Assembly (NCBI GenBank): GCA_964551725.1 | Contig: CAZKED010000002.1 | Span: forward strand, 30,873 to 94,872 | Origin: an uncultured archaeon | GTDB taxonomy: Archaea; Iainarchaeota; Iainarchaeia; Iainarchaeales; DTGL01 | DNA: 64,000 nucleotides | Direction of reading: 5' to 3' | In this document: in pieces, positions 29,228-38,020 of the stretch | How the letters are laid out: every line of letters begins with the position of its first letter | Position numbering within the stretch: the first letter of the stretch is position 1 | Position numbers and translations under genes: made by a program | The notes under the pieces: model-generated | Told to the model about the DNA's origin: nothing | The model's database searches: none | The model's input: the letters and a program-made list of their open reading frames with translations, nothing else

Positions 29228-29276
29228 GCGCGCAGCGCGCGAAAGAGAAAAAGGCCGAACCGGAAAAGGTGTCAAA

Positions 29277-29972
29277 ATGGTAAAGCTGGAGGACGCGGTT
29301 ACAGCAAGGTACTCTTTCGAAAACGAAAAATTCGAAGTGCTCGTCGACCCCGACCTGGCGCTGGAACTCAAAAAAGGAAAAAAAGTGGACCTGAACGAAC
29401 TTCTCGCCACAGACACGGTTTTCAAAGACGCAGGTCAGGGCGAAGAGCAGTCGGAAAAAGCAGTGAACAAGGCGTTCGGCACAACAAAGCCGGAGGAAGT
29501 GGCAAAACAGATAATACTCAAGGGCAGCGTGCAGCTGACAACCGAACAGCGCAGGGAAATGCGCGGGAAAAGAAGGCGCGAAATAATACAGATAATTACA
29601 ACAAACGCAATCAACCCCCAGACCAACGCGCCGCATCCGGTGCAGCGCATTGAGAACGCGCTCGACGAAATAAACCCCGAAATAGACCCCGTGAAGCCGG
29701 CGCAGGACCACGTTCCAGCAATACTCAAGGAACTGAAGAAAAAAATCCCGATTTCGTTCGAAAAACTGGAAATGGCGGTGAAAATTCCCGCGCAGTTCAG
29801 CGGAAAAGCACAGCCGGCACTGCACCAGTTCAAGCTGAAAAAGGAGGAATGGCAGAACGACGGCTCGCTTATCGCGGTTGTGGAAATTCCCGCGGGGTTG
29901 AAGAATGAACTACTGAACAAGGTAAACAGTTTAACGCACGGAAAATGCGAGGTTAAAGTATTGAATGAGTAA
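29277..29972 (+). CDS. Ribosome maturation factor SBDS/Sdo1
   Basis: FEVLVDP, QLTTEQRR, NPQTNAPHP..RIE. Confidence 0.96.
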   Translation: MVKLEDAVTARYSFENEKFEVLVDPDLALELKKGKKVDLNELLATDTVFKDAGQGEEQSEKAVNKAFGTTKPEEVAKQIILKGSVQLTTEQRREMRGKRRREIIQIITTNAINPQTNAPHPVQRIENALDEINPEIDPVKPAQDHVPAILKELKKKIPISFEKLEMAVKIPAQFSGKAQPALHQFKLKKEEWQNDGSLIAVVEIPAGLKNELLNKVNSLTHGKCEVKVLNE

Positions 29973-30004
29973 GGCATTCCACGAATGCCTTTTACGGAGG
30001 GAAA

Positions 30005-30655
30005 TTGATGAACAGAAAAGTTGTTGTTCCCGGTGAGCTTGTTTCCGGGGAGAGAAAAAAAATAGGAAGGCACGTTTTCGTCGACGAGGGAAAAATCTAT
30101 TCCGATTCCCTCGGTCTGGCGGACGCCGAAGGAGAATACGCAAACGTGATCCCCCTGCAGGGAAAATACATGCCCCACACAGGCGACCTGATAGTGGGAA
30201 TAATCCGCTCTGAGGAATTTTCGGGATACGTGGTGGACATAAACTCGTTCTACACCTCGTTCCTTCCCAAGGAAAAGCTCAGAAAGCCCCTTAAAAAAGG
30301 GGATATCATTTCCGCAAAGATAAGCTATGTGGACGAAATAAACGAAGCCGAGCTTGAAAACGTGCGCGTTTTTTACGGCGGGGAAATTGTGGACGTTGCA
30401 CCGGTAAAAGTGCCGAGAATAATAGGAAAAAACGGGAGCATGCTCAACGTTTTGAAGCAGGGCACGGACTCCGCGCTGATGGCGGGAAGGAACGGAAGAG
30501 TCTGGATAAAAGGCGGAAATGTAATCCTGCTCAAAAAGGCTCTCGACAAAATAGAGGAAGAAGCGCATTTAAGCAATTTAACCAACAGAATGCAGCAGTT
30601 CCTCGCAGAGGAAAACACCAAGGAAAAACAAAATGTTAATACTGGAGGAATGTAA
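30005..30655 (+). CDS. rrp4: Exosome RNA-binding subunit Rrp4
   Basis: VVPGE, YMPHTGDLIVG, KVPRIIGKNGSM, GRNGRVWI. Confidence 0.95.
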   Translation: MMNRKVVVPGELVSGERKKIGRHVFVDEGKIYSDSLGLADAEGEYANVIPLQGKYMPHTGDLIVGIIRSEEFSGYVVDINSFYTSFLPKEKLRKPLKKGDIISAKISYVDEINEAELENVRVFYGGEIVDVAPVKVPRIIGKNGSMLNVLKQGTDSALMAGRNGRVWIKGGNVILLKKALDKIEEEAHLSNLTNRMQQFLAEENTKEKQNVNTGGM

Positions 30656-31576
30656 ATGGAAGAAACAGTATATGTGAACGAAAAGGGAGAAAGGCTCGAC
30701 GGAAGAAAAGTTGACGAATTAAGACCAATAAAAATCGTTCCCTCGGTTCTGAGCAGGGCGGAGGGCTCCTGCTATATTGAATGGGGTCAGAACAAAGCCA
30801 TTGCGGGAGTTTACGGTCCAAGGGAAGCATTACCGCAGCACATTCAGGACCCGACCAAAGCGCTTGTGGACTTTGTGTACAGAATGGCGACATTCTCTGT
30901 TCCTGACAGGAAAAGCCCGAGACCGGGCCGTAGGGACATAGAAATCTCAAAAGTATGCGGAGAGGCGCTCGCAAGGGCAATTTTCCTGGAGAGGTTTCCC
31001 AACACAACAATAGACATATACGTGCAGATTTTCGACAGCAATGCAGGCACCCGAATAACCGCCCTGACTGCAGCGAGCGTAGCTTTGGCTGACGCGGGAA
31101 TTCCCATGCGCGACCTCGTGTGCGGCGTTTCCGTCGGAAAAGCGGGAGGAAAAATAATCCTCGACCTGAACAAGGAGGAGGAAGACGCGCCTGACGCGGT
31201 TGACCTGCCGATTGCAATGCTTCCGAGAACGAAGGAAATAGTTCTCCTTCAAATGGACGGTCTGCTTAAAAAAGAGGAATGGCAGCAGGCATACAGCCTT
31301 GCGGTAAAAGGCTGTGAGGAAATCTACAAAAAGCAGGTGGAAGCTTTAAAGAAAAAATACAAGGCAAAGGAAGAACCGCAGGAAGCGGCGCCCGCGGAAA
31401 GCCGGGAAAAACCCCAAGAAAAGCCCCAGGAAAAATCCCAGGAAGAGGAAAAAATAAAAAAGGAAAGAGTCGAGGAAATAAAAAAAGAAATGGAAGCGCA
31501 GATAAAGGAAATAAAGGAAAAGAAAAAGCCGAAAATCGAAGAGTTGCACCTCGGCGAGGGAGGCGATAACCAATGA
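30656..31576 (+). CDS. rrp41: Exosome subunit Rrp41 with charged C-terminal tail
   Basis: RLDGRKVDELRP, VYGPRE, RRDIEISKV, AGTR, LLQMDG. Confidence 0.96.
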   Translation: MEETVYVNEKGERLDGRKVDELRPIKIVPSVLSRAEGSCYIEWGQNKAIAGVYGPREALPQHIQDPTKALVDFVYRMATFSVPDRKSPRPGRRDIEISKVCGEALARAIFLERFPNTTIDIYVQIFDSNAGTRITALTAASVALADAGIPMRDLVCGVSVGKAGGKIILDLNKEEEDAPDAVDLPIAMLPRTKEIVLLQMDGLLKKEEWQQAYSLAVKGCEEIYKKQVEALKKKYKAKEEPQEAAPAESREKPQEKPQEKSQEEEKIKKERVEEIKKEMEAQIKEIKEKKKPKIEELHLGEGGDNQ

Positions 31577-32361
31577 AAAAGGACGACGTAATATGGGAAC
31601 TGAACGCAGACAAAATAAGAGAGCGCATAAAGGAGAACAAGAGAATCGACGGCAGGAAAATGGACGAATACAGGGAAATAAAAATACTGAACGATTTCAG
31701 CAAGAACGCCCACGGCTCGGCTATTGCCCGGATTGGGGAAACGGAGGTAATAGCGGGTGTAAAGCTCGATTTGGCAGAACCCTACCCCGACACTCCGGAC
31801 GAGGGCACGATTTCCGTTGGCGCAGAACTGATGCCCATGGCTTCCCCCGTCTTCGAACCAGGTCCGCCGAGGGAAGAGGCAACAGAGCTTGCGCGCGTGG
31901 TGGACCGCGGGATAAGGGAATCCAAGGCACTGGACTTCAAGGAACTCTGCATTGAGCCGGGAGAAAAAATCTGGTTGGTTTTCATCGATTTGTATGTAGC
32001 GAACCACACGGGCAATTTGTTCGACGCAAGCTCCCTTGCGGCAATGAGCGCACTGCTCCACACAAAAATGCCGAAGCAAGAGGAAGGCAAAATAGTGCAG
32101 AAAGAATTCACCGGCGAACTCAGCCTTAAAAGAAAGCCGCTTCTCTCAACCTTTGCAAAAATAAACGGAAAAACTGTTCTTGACCCGGTGCTCGCCGAGG
32201 AAAAAGCAATGGATGCGAGGTTTTCCGTTGCAACCACTGAAGACGGTTACCTCAGCGCGTTCCAGAAAGGCGGTCAAGGTTCCTTCTCCTCGGCGGAAAT
32301 AGACCAGTGCATAGATACAGCGATTGCAAGGGGAAAAGAACTCAGGGAAAAACTCAAGTAA
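31573..32361 (+). CDS. rrp42: Exosome subunit Rrp42
   Basis: RIDGR, PYPDTPDEG, FEPGPP, ELARVVDRGIRES. Confidence 0.96.
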   Translation: MKKDDVIWELNADKIRERIKENKRIDGRKMDEYREIKILNDFSKNAHGSAIARIGETEVIAGVKLDLAEPYPDTPDEGTISVGAELMPMASPVFEPGPPREEATELARVVDRGIRESKALDFKELCIEPGEKIWLVFIDLYVANHTGNLFDASSLAAMSALLHTKMPKQEEGKIVQKEFTGELSLKRKPLLSTFAKINGKTVLDPVLAEEKAMDARFSVATTEDGYLSAFQKGGQGSFSSAEIDQCIDTAIARGKELREKLK

Positions 32362-32373
32362 CGGAGTGGTCAT

Positions 32374-32841
32374 ATGGGTGAAACAAAAAAAGTAAAGCAC
32401 GCCGGCAGATTCGGTTCAAGATACGGCAGAGGAGTCAGGGACAGGCTGATAGAAGCGGAGGTAAAGCAGAGAAAACTGCACAAATGCCCCAAGTGCGGGT
32501 TTGCCCGCGTTAAAAGAATTTCAACCGCCCTGTACAAGTGCAAAAAATGCGGCGCAAGGTTCGCAGGAGGCGCTTACGTCCCAGAAACGATGAGCGGAAA
32601 AATGGTCAGAAAAATGACCAAACAGAGGGCATTCCTGCCTCTCGCAAGGGAACTCATAGAAATCAGGGAAGGGAAAGAGAAGGGATTAAAGCAAAAAAAA
32701 GAAGAGGAGGCAAAAGAGAAAAAGCAGCCCCGGGAGAAAAAAAAGGAAGAGAGCGCGGGAAAGGAAAAGGGAAAAGAGAAAAAGCGCTCCGGTGAAAAGA
32801 AAAAACCCGGGAAGGAAGAAAAAAGGGAAAAGGTGGAATGA
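32374..32841 (+). CDS. rpl37ae: 50S ribosomal protein L37Ae (eL43) with K/E tail
   Basis: GRFGSRYG, CPKC..CKKC, FAGGAY. Confidence 0.95.
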   Translation: MGETKKVKHAGRFGSRYGRGVRDRLIEAEVKQRKLHKCPKCGFARVKRISTALYKCKKCGARFAGGAYVPETMSGKMVRKMTKQRAFLPLARELIEIREGKEKGLKQKKEEEAKEKKQPREKKKEESAGKEKGKEKKRSGEKKKPGKEEKREKVE

Positions 32842-32973
32842 ATGTACAAATGCGTTAAGTGCGGGAAGGAATTCGACGAACTGCCCAAAGGTCTGGTAAG
32901 ATGCCCTAACTGTGCTTACAGAGTCCTTGTCAAAATAAGGCCTCCAACAACAAAAAAAGTAAAGGCGAGATAG
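32842..32973 (+). CDS. rpoP: RNA polymerase subunit P (Rpo12), below ORF-track cutoff
   Basis: MYKCVKCGKEFDELPKGLVRCPNCAYRVLVKIRPPTTKKVKAR*; conserved position after rpl37ae. Confidence 0.93.
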   Translation: MYKCVKCGKEFDELPKGLVRCPNCAYRVLVKIRPPTTKKVKAR

Positions 32974-33236
32974 TGCAGCAGTTTCCATTCTCTCTCAAAC
33001 TGAGCTTTTCTTTCCAGAGCAAAGAAAAAGCCGGCGCGGTTTTAGGCGCAGTAATCCCCGACATTGGAAAGAGAAAGCATTTGCGCTCCCGCACCGAGCT
33101 TGAAGCAAAAGGCGAAAAGCTGTGCCTTAAAATTTTGGCAAAAGACCCGACAGCGTTGCGCGCTTCGTTCAATTCCGCAATGAAGCCGATAGTGTTCTCG
33201 GACAAGTTATTTAAAACATTTCCAGGGGAAAAATAG
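32973..33236 (+). CDS. pcc1: KEOPS complex subunit Pcc1
   Basis: RSRT..., AKDPTALRASFNS; conserved synteny. Confidence 0.85.
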   Translation: MQQFPFSLKLSFSFQSKEKAGAVLGAVIPDIGKRKHLRSRTELEAKGEKLCLKILAKDPTALRASFNSAMKPIVFSDKLFKTFPGEK

Positions 33237-33253
33237 AAAAAGGAGGAATAAAA

Positions 33254-33622
33254 ATGGCTCAAGAAACTGAACAGCACATAGCCCAATTCCGCATTGGAAG
33301 GCAGCAGTTGCTCAAGGTAAGCGGTCAAAAGCAACAGCTCCAAATGCAGAGCAATGCCTTGGGAAGCGCTCTGGACGAATTGAAGGAAACGAAGAAAAAA
33401 ACCGTTTTTAAGGCGGTTGGAAACATCCTCATCGAAAAGGACACGGCAAAAGTGAAAAAAGAACTAGAGGAAGGAAAAGAGGCAGTCGACCTCAGGATTA
33501 AAACACTGCAAAAACAGGAAGATTCCCTGGTAAACAGGCTCAACAAACTAAAATCCAAGATAGAGGAGTCGACAGAAACTCCAGAGGGCGAGGAAAAACA
33601 AAAGAAAAAGAAGAAAAAATGA
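33254..33622 (+). CDS. pfdB: Prefoldin beta subunit
   Basis: Coiled coil with VFKAVGNILIE hairpin. Confidence 0.92.
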   Translation: MAQETEQHIAQFRIGRQQLLKVSGQKQQLQMQSNALGSALDELKETKKKTVFKAVGNILIEKDTAKVKKELEEGKEAVDLRIKTLQKQEDSLVNRLNKLKSKIEESTETPEGEEKQKKKKKK

Positions 33623-34641
33623 CGTTGAGCGAAATGCCCTTTCCATTGCTTCTTCCCGCCTTAAAAGGAAAAGAGGTGCTGATTCTTACACACCGCGGAG
33701 CGGACGTTGACGCGCTCAGTTCCGGCGCAATGCTCTACCTTGCATTGAAAGAGCATGCGAGCGTGCGCATAGGCGTTCCCGAGCACATAAACCAGGCAGC
33801 TGAAAAGTTAGCCGCAGAGCTTTCAATCCCGTTCGATTTGAATCCGGAACCAAAGGAATTCAACGTTGTTGTAGTGGCGGATCTCAACTCCTGGAAAATG
33901 CTTGGCTCAACCGCGGAAAAACTCAAGTCCTTTGACGGGGAAATTTTGCTCATAGACCACCACACGCGCTCGTGGGAAAATCTCGCAAAGGAGGAAAATT
34001 CTCTGATAGAGGAAAATGCAGCATCCACCACCGAAATTCTGTTCAAGCTTTTCAAAAAACAGGGCATTCCCATTTCAAAGGAGATTGCACTCCTTGCATG
34101 CTGCGGAATTATAACAGATTCGGCGCACTTCTCCTATGCGAGCGCGGACACCTTTTCGGTAATGGCGGAAGCGCTCGGTCTCGCCAAAACCCCGTATTCA
34201 AAAATAACCGGGCTTTTTTCCGTTGAAAGGGAGTTCAGCGAAATTGTCGCAAAGCTCAAGGCAGCGCAGCGCTGCCGCATTTTCCGCGCGGGAGAATTCA
34301 TTGTTGCAATAAGCGATGTGGGCGCTTTCGAGGCGCAGGCAGCCGCTTCGCTGCTCAGGATAGGCGCTGACGCGGCATTCGTTGGAGTGGAGGAAGCCGG
34401 AGAAGTAATGGTTTCAGGGCGCGCCTCTCACAAAATTGTCGAATTTGGTCTTGATTTGGTCAGGGATGTTTTTGACCCGCTTTCCGCTCGCTTTTCGGGG
34501 GAAGGCGGCGGTCACACCGCCGCAGCCGCGTTCAACGGAAAAGCCGAATCAATAGAAGAAGTCCTAGAGGAATGCGTTTCCCTTGTAACGGAAAAAATAA
34601 GGAAAAAGGCTCCGGAAGCAAGCGCGAAGGAATACACCTGA
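33619..34641 (+). CDS. DHH family phosphoesterase
   Basis: THRGADVDA, IDHH, GIITDS, GGGH..AA. Confidence 0.92.
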   Translation: MTLSEMPFPLLLPALKGKEVLILTHRGADVDALSSGAMLYLALKEHASVRIGVPEHINQAAEKLAAELSIPFDLNPEPKEFNVVVVADLNSWKMLGSTAEKLKSFDGEILLIDHHTRSWENLAKEENSLIEENAASTTEILFKLFKKQGIPISKEIALLACCGIITDSAHFSYASADTFSVMAEALGLAKTPYSKITGLFSVEREFSEIVAKLKAAQRCRIFRAGEFIVAISDVGAFEAQAAASLLRIGADAAFVGVEEAGEVMVSGRASHKIVEFGLDLVRDVFDPLSARFSGEGGGHTAAAAFNGKAESIEEVLEECVSLVTEKIRKKAPEASAKEYT

Positions 34642-34763
34642 CTGTTATTTTACCAAAATGCCAGATTTTGTTATCCTCGGCTTTTCCCTGCGCTGCATCC
34701 TCCGGCTTCTTTCCATGAGCGAATTGAAGGAATTTTTTATTCTGGTTCTTTTTCTCCAGGGTC

Positions 34764-35438
34764 TCATTTTCTCACGATTTTCTCTATTTCCCTTATGTCC
34801 CTGAGAACAAAATCGGCTTTTATTTTTTTTGCCGGCTCCGTTACCTGCCCGTATTCCGCCAGCGCTGTTTTCATGCCGAGCTTTTTCGCGCCGGCAATGT
34901 CCCTTTCGGGGCTGTCTCCCACGAAGAGTATTTCTTCCGCGGGAACGCCCAGTTTTTTCAATGCCTTTCTGAAAGGCATTGAATGCGGCTTTCTTTTTCC
35001 CTGTTTTTCCAGCCCTATGACCAAATCGAAAAAATCAACCATGTTTAATTCCGCCAGACGGAGCCATGCCTGCTTTATGGGCGCGTCTGACACAATGCCC
35101 AGTTTCAGGCCGCGTTGCTTTAATTTCAGTAGCGTGCCGCGGGCGTGCGCGTATGGAACCAGATAGCCGTATTTTATGCGGCGGTATGCCGCAACTCCGC
35201 TGGCCAAAATTTTGTAGTCGATTTTTCCCTGCACTTCCTTTATGAATTTGTCGAATATTTTCTGGTTTTCCCATCCGTATTTTTCGTAGAATTTAAAGAG
35301 TTTTTCAATTCCTTTCTTTTCCCTGATTTTCAGACCCGCGTCCACCATTGCCCTTACTGCTTCCTCGGAGCAGGTGCGCTTCATTTTGTAAAAATCGATG
35401 AGCGTGTTGTCCAAATCGAACAGAATTGCGCGAATCAT
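34764..35438 (-). CDS. HAD-superfamily hydrolase
   Basis: FDLDNTL, IVSD, KPH, VGDSPERDIAGAKKLGM. Confidence 0.92.
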   Translation of the reverse strand: MIRAILFDLDNTLIDFYKMKRTCSEEAVRAMVDAGLKIREKKGIEKLFKFYEKYGWENQKIFDKFIKEVQGKIDYKILASGVAAYRRIKYGYLVPYAHARGTLLKLKQRGLKLGIVSDAPIKQAWLRLAELNMVDFFDLVIGLEKQGKRKPHSMPFRKALKKLGVPAEEILFVGDSPERDIAGAKKLGMKTALAEYGQVTEPAKKIKADFVLRDIREIEKIVRK

Positions 35439-35500
35439 GTAATAATTAGGGGTGCAAAAAAGTTAATAACACTTAATTCCACTATATTCTTTTGGTCTGT

Positions 35501-35659
35501 ATGAACTGCCCTGTGTGCGGCGCCGAACTGCACCGCGCTGGCTTGTCAAAGCCCGTTTCCGGCGGAATCCTTGAGGAATGGCGGTGTCCTGCATGCGGCT
35601 ACCGCGTTCAACAGAAGCGCCCTTCCCCGCAGCAGCCCCAGAGGCGTATTGGCCGCTAG
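35501..35659 (+). CDS. CPxCG-type zinc-finger microprotein (52 aa), missing from ORF track
   Basis: MNCPVCGAELHRAGLSKPVSGGILEEWRCPACGYRVQQKRPSPQQPQRRIGR*; fills the gap exactly, AT-rich promoter upstream. Confidence 0.7.
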   Translation: MNCPVCGAELHRAGLSKPVSGGILEEWRCPACGYRVQQKRPSPQQPQRRIGR

Positions 35660-35660
35660 T

Positions 35661-35978
35661 TCAGCGCAGGTTCTTGAGTTTCAAAAAGCAGTTTTCGCAG
35701 ATGAACTTCTGGTTGAATTCAATTCCCACTTCGTTCGTTTGGCTGCACAGTATGCACCTGCGCCCTTTTTCTATTTTCTTGCTGTCCGCCCACTCGTACA
35801 GCAAATCCCAGCTAACCCATTTTGGGACAACCATTTCCCTGAGCACTGATTTGTCGTTTTGCTGAATTCTTTCAACCTGGCTCGGCATTATTGTTTTGTT
35901 CAGGGATTTCATCCATTTCACTTTTTCCATGTCGCCTTTTCTCATCAGGTCGAGCAGTTTGTCCTCGAATTTGCCCAT
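35661..35978 (-). CDS. Hypothetical protein with C-terminal CxxC..CxxC zinc finger
   Basis: CILCSQTNEVGIEFNQKFICENC resembles AbrB C-terminal/Gin-type zinc fingers. Confidence 0.75.
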   Translation of the reverse strand: MGKFEDKLLDLMRKGDMEKVKWMKSLNKTIMPSQVERIQQNDKSVLREMVVPKWVSWDLLYEWADSKKIEKGRRCILCSQTNEVGIEFNQKFICENCFLKLKNLR

Positions 35979-35988
35979 TGAAAAAACC

Positions 35989-36396
35989 TCATTTCAGGTA
36001 TATTACCATTTTCCCGTTTTTAACCTTTTTCCTCTGGGAGTATCTCTGCAAATAATGCACGGTGCTTTTCGGAATCCCTGTTGTTTCCTCTATTTCCCGG
36101 AGAGAACGGAAATCCGAGCGCATTTCAATCGCCTGGCGCATTTTGGGCAGCGGAATGCCTATTGCCCTGCCCTGCTCGCCGTGCACTTCCGTTTCTATGC
36201 CCTTTCCTTTCAGAAAAGCCCTTGCTTTTTTCGAAAGGCGACTGCTGCACGAGGAACTCATTGAAATTTTTTTCAGTTCGCTCTTGGAAGCGATTTTTTT
36301 GAGCATTCCAAGACTTAACGGCCTGACCAAATGGATTTCGCTTGTTTCAGCAGGAATTCCCGCGATGCTTGTATTGGGGTAGATCGAGTACTTCAT
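35989..36396 (-). CDS. DUF1699-like protein with C-terminal HTH
   Basis: IHLVRP...ISMSSS...RLSKKARAFLKGKGIE pattern; HTH SLREIEETTGIPKSTVHY. Confidence 0.65.
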   Translation of the reverse strand: MKYSIYPNTSIAGIPAETSEIHLVRPLSLGMLKKIASKSELKKISMSSSCSSRLSKKARAFLKGKGIETEVHGEQGRAIGIPLPKMRQAIEMRSDFRSLREIEETTGIPKSTVHYLQRYSQRKKVKNGKMVIYLK

Positions 36397-36406
36397 TGGT
36401 TTTCAC

Positions 36407-37918
36407 TCACTTAGCTTTTGAAAGAAAAGAATTTATGAGGGAAAGGATGCTCGAGTAAACGCTTTCCGTCATTTCTTCGCTTTTTGCCTTGAACTCTTCA
36501 ACCTTGTCGCTCCATTTTTCCCTTTCCATTTCCTCCACTTTTTCAAGCCCTTCTATTTCTTTTTCGCTTTCCTCCAGCCCGAGTTTGATAATGCTCTTGG
36601 TGTCCGGTATGTCCGGCTCAAACTCGTTGAGCTGTTCCAGGCAGTCCTTTACTTCCTGTTCCGAGGGATAATTGCAGGGCTCGAATTCCGCTCCGAGCAA
36701 TGAGAGCGTGGTTTGGGTGAATTTCCCTCCTTCGTCAATTTCCTCTTCCTGGTCGAGGAATTTCCTGTAAGCATTCAACAACGAAGTGAAGCCGTTCCTG
36801 TACACATAATCGCGCACAAAAAGTTCGCCAAAAGAGTAACCGAATTCCCTCGTGCTCTCCCTCTCCGGAGTCCATTCGTTCATAAAGGTTTTTTCCCCGC
36901 TGTAATACTCCATTAACTGCTCCACGGAATTCGCGGGATACACTCTTATTATGTAGTCCCCCTCCCTGTACTCGTTCACTCCGTCGAACAAATTCGCCAA
37001 ACGCATTCCGATCCTTCTCCTTGCAAGGTATTCTGTGAATTTTGCCATTCCCTCGTCAAACCATGCTGACCCCGAGTTATTCCATGTCATTGCCTGCGCG
37101 TTGAACCCGTGCACTGTTTCGTGCAGTATGACAGGCGCGGCATTCTCCCCGAAAACGCCCGCTTTCAATAGTATTATTCCCCCGGTCCTGTAAACCCCCT
37201 CGCTGTAAGCATTCACTTTTTCCGCAAACTCGGCGTCATCCATTACAACCACGGGAAATTTTTCAAAAGGCGGTTCTATTCCCGTTATTTTGGGAATCCA
37301 GCCGAAATAGGTTTCAGCGTCGCTGAACCCTTTTGCCACGAGCTCTTCATCGCTCAGGGAACTCCTGTTGAAAAGCACGTAGTGCTCGAGTGCGGTGCCC
37401 TCGCTTGAATAAAAGAATTTAACGCTTGCCGGTCCCGTTCCAGCAAGCTCTATTTTTTTTACAGTCAATTCCCCTGAAAAGCCGTGGTTGGGCTCGAACG
37501 AAATGAAACCGCCTCCAGCAATCACCACGCTCACATCGCTGTCAACCGCGGCGGGCATTGAAATCCTCGAGTTATACAAAGGAGCAAACTCGCCATTTCT
37601 CACATCCCTGAGCTTCATTGAAATGTTCACTATTTCGAGTTCCTTCGCAACGGAATAATTTGTCGAAAAATCAAGCCTGCCGTCATGCACCGAAAAATCC
37701 TCTATTGCCCCCTTCGAATCGCTCACTCCGAGCACTTCCGCTCCCCCCGGGAGAAGCAGTGCGCCGTTGAACACGTTCACCGGGGTTTCGCTTTCAAGGC
37801 TCATTTCCAGGCTCAGGTCGGCGTTCTCACCCAGGAGGAGTATTTCGTAATTCATGTAATTTGCGCCCGCAGAGGGCAATAAGAGAATAAAAACCAAAAC
37901 CGCCAGCCGAATTTCCAT
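36407..37918 (-). CDS. Secreted gluzincin (M1/MA-like) metallopeptidase
   Basis: Signal peptide MEIRLAVLVFILLLPSAGA; LHETVH followed by WFDEGMA. Confidence 0.8.
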   Translation of the reverse strand: MEIRLAVLVFILLLPSAGANYMNYEILLLGENADLSLEMSLESETPVNVFNGALLLPGGAEVLGVSDSKGAIEDFSVHDGRLDFSTNYSVAKELEIVNISMKLRDVRNGEFAPLYNSRISMPAAVDSDVSVVIAGGGFISFEPNHGFSGELTVKKIELAGTGPASVKFFYSSEGTALEHYVLFNRSSLSDEELVAKGFSDAETYFGWIPKITGIEPPFEKFPVVVMDDAEFAEKVNAYSEGVYRTGGIILLKAGVFGENAAPVILHETVHGFNAQAMTWNNSGSAWFDEGMAKFTEYLARRRIGMRLANLFDGVNEYREGDYIIRVYPANSVEQLMEYYSGEKTFMNEWTPERESTREFGYSFGELFVRDYVYRNGFTSLLNAYRKFLDQEEEIDEGGKFTQTTLSLLGAEFEPCNYPSEQEVKDCLEQLNEFEPDIPDTKSIIKLGLEESEKEIEGLEKVEEMEREKWSDKVEEFKAKSEEMTESVYSSILSLINSFLSKAK

Positions 37919-38020
37919 GTTTATTATTAGGGATTTCTTATTTAAATAGCTTACTTTGGCTTTTGGGGCAAACAAGAGAATCAGTCATAACAAGCCTTTG
38001 TTGCCGGAATCCCTTCTAAA

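Noticed and set aside
29435-32079. Long antisense ORFs (e.g. 29435-30568, 31324-32079; likewise 13138-13968)
   Set aside because: Opposite-strand shadows of conserved genes, F/S-rich from K/E codons
28059-34641. Exosome/proteasome superoperon as a novel system
   Set aside because: Well-established conserved archaeal gene cluster
34642-34763. Possible small ORF or gene remnant between the DHH and HAD genes
   Set aside because: No convincing start, SD or motif
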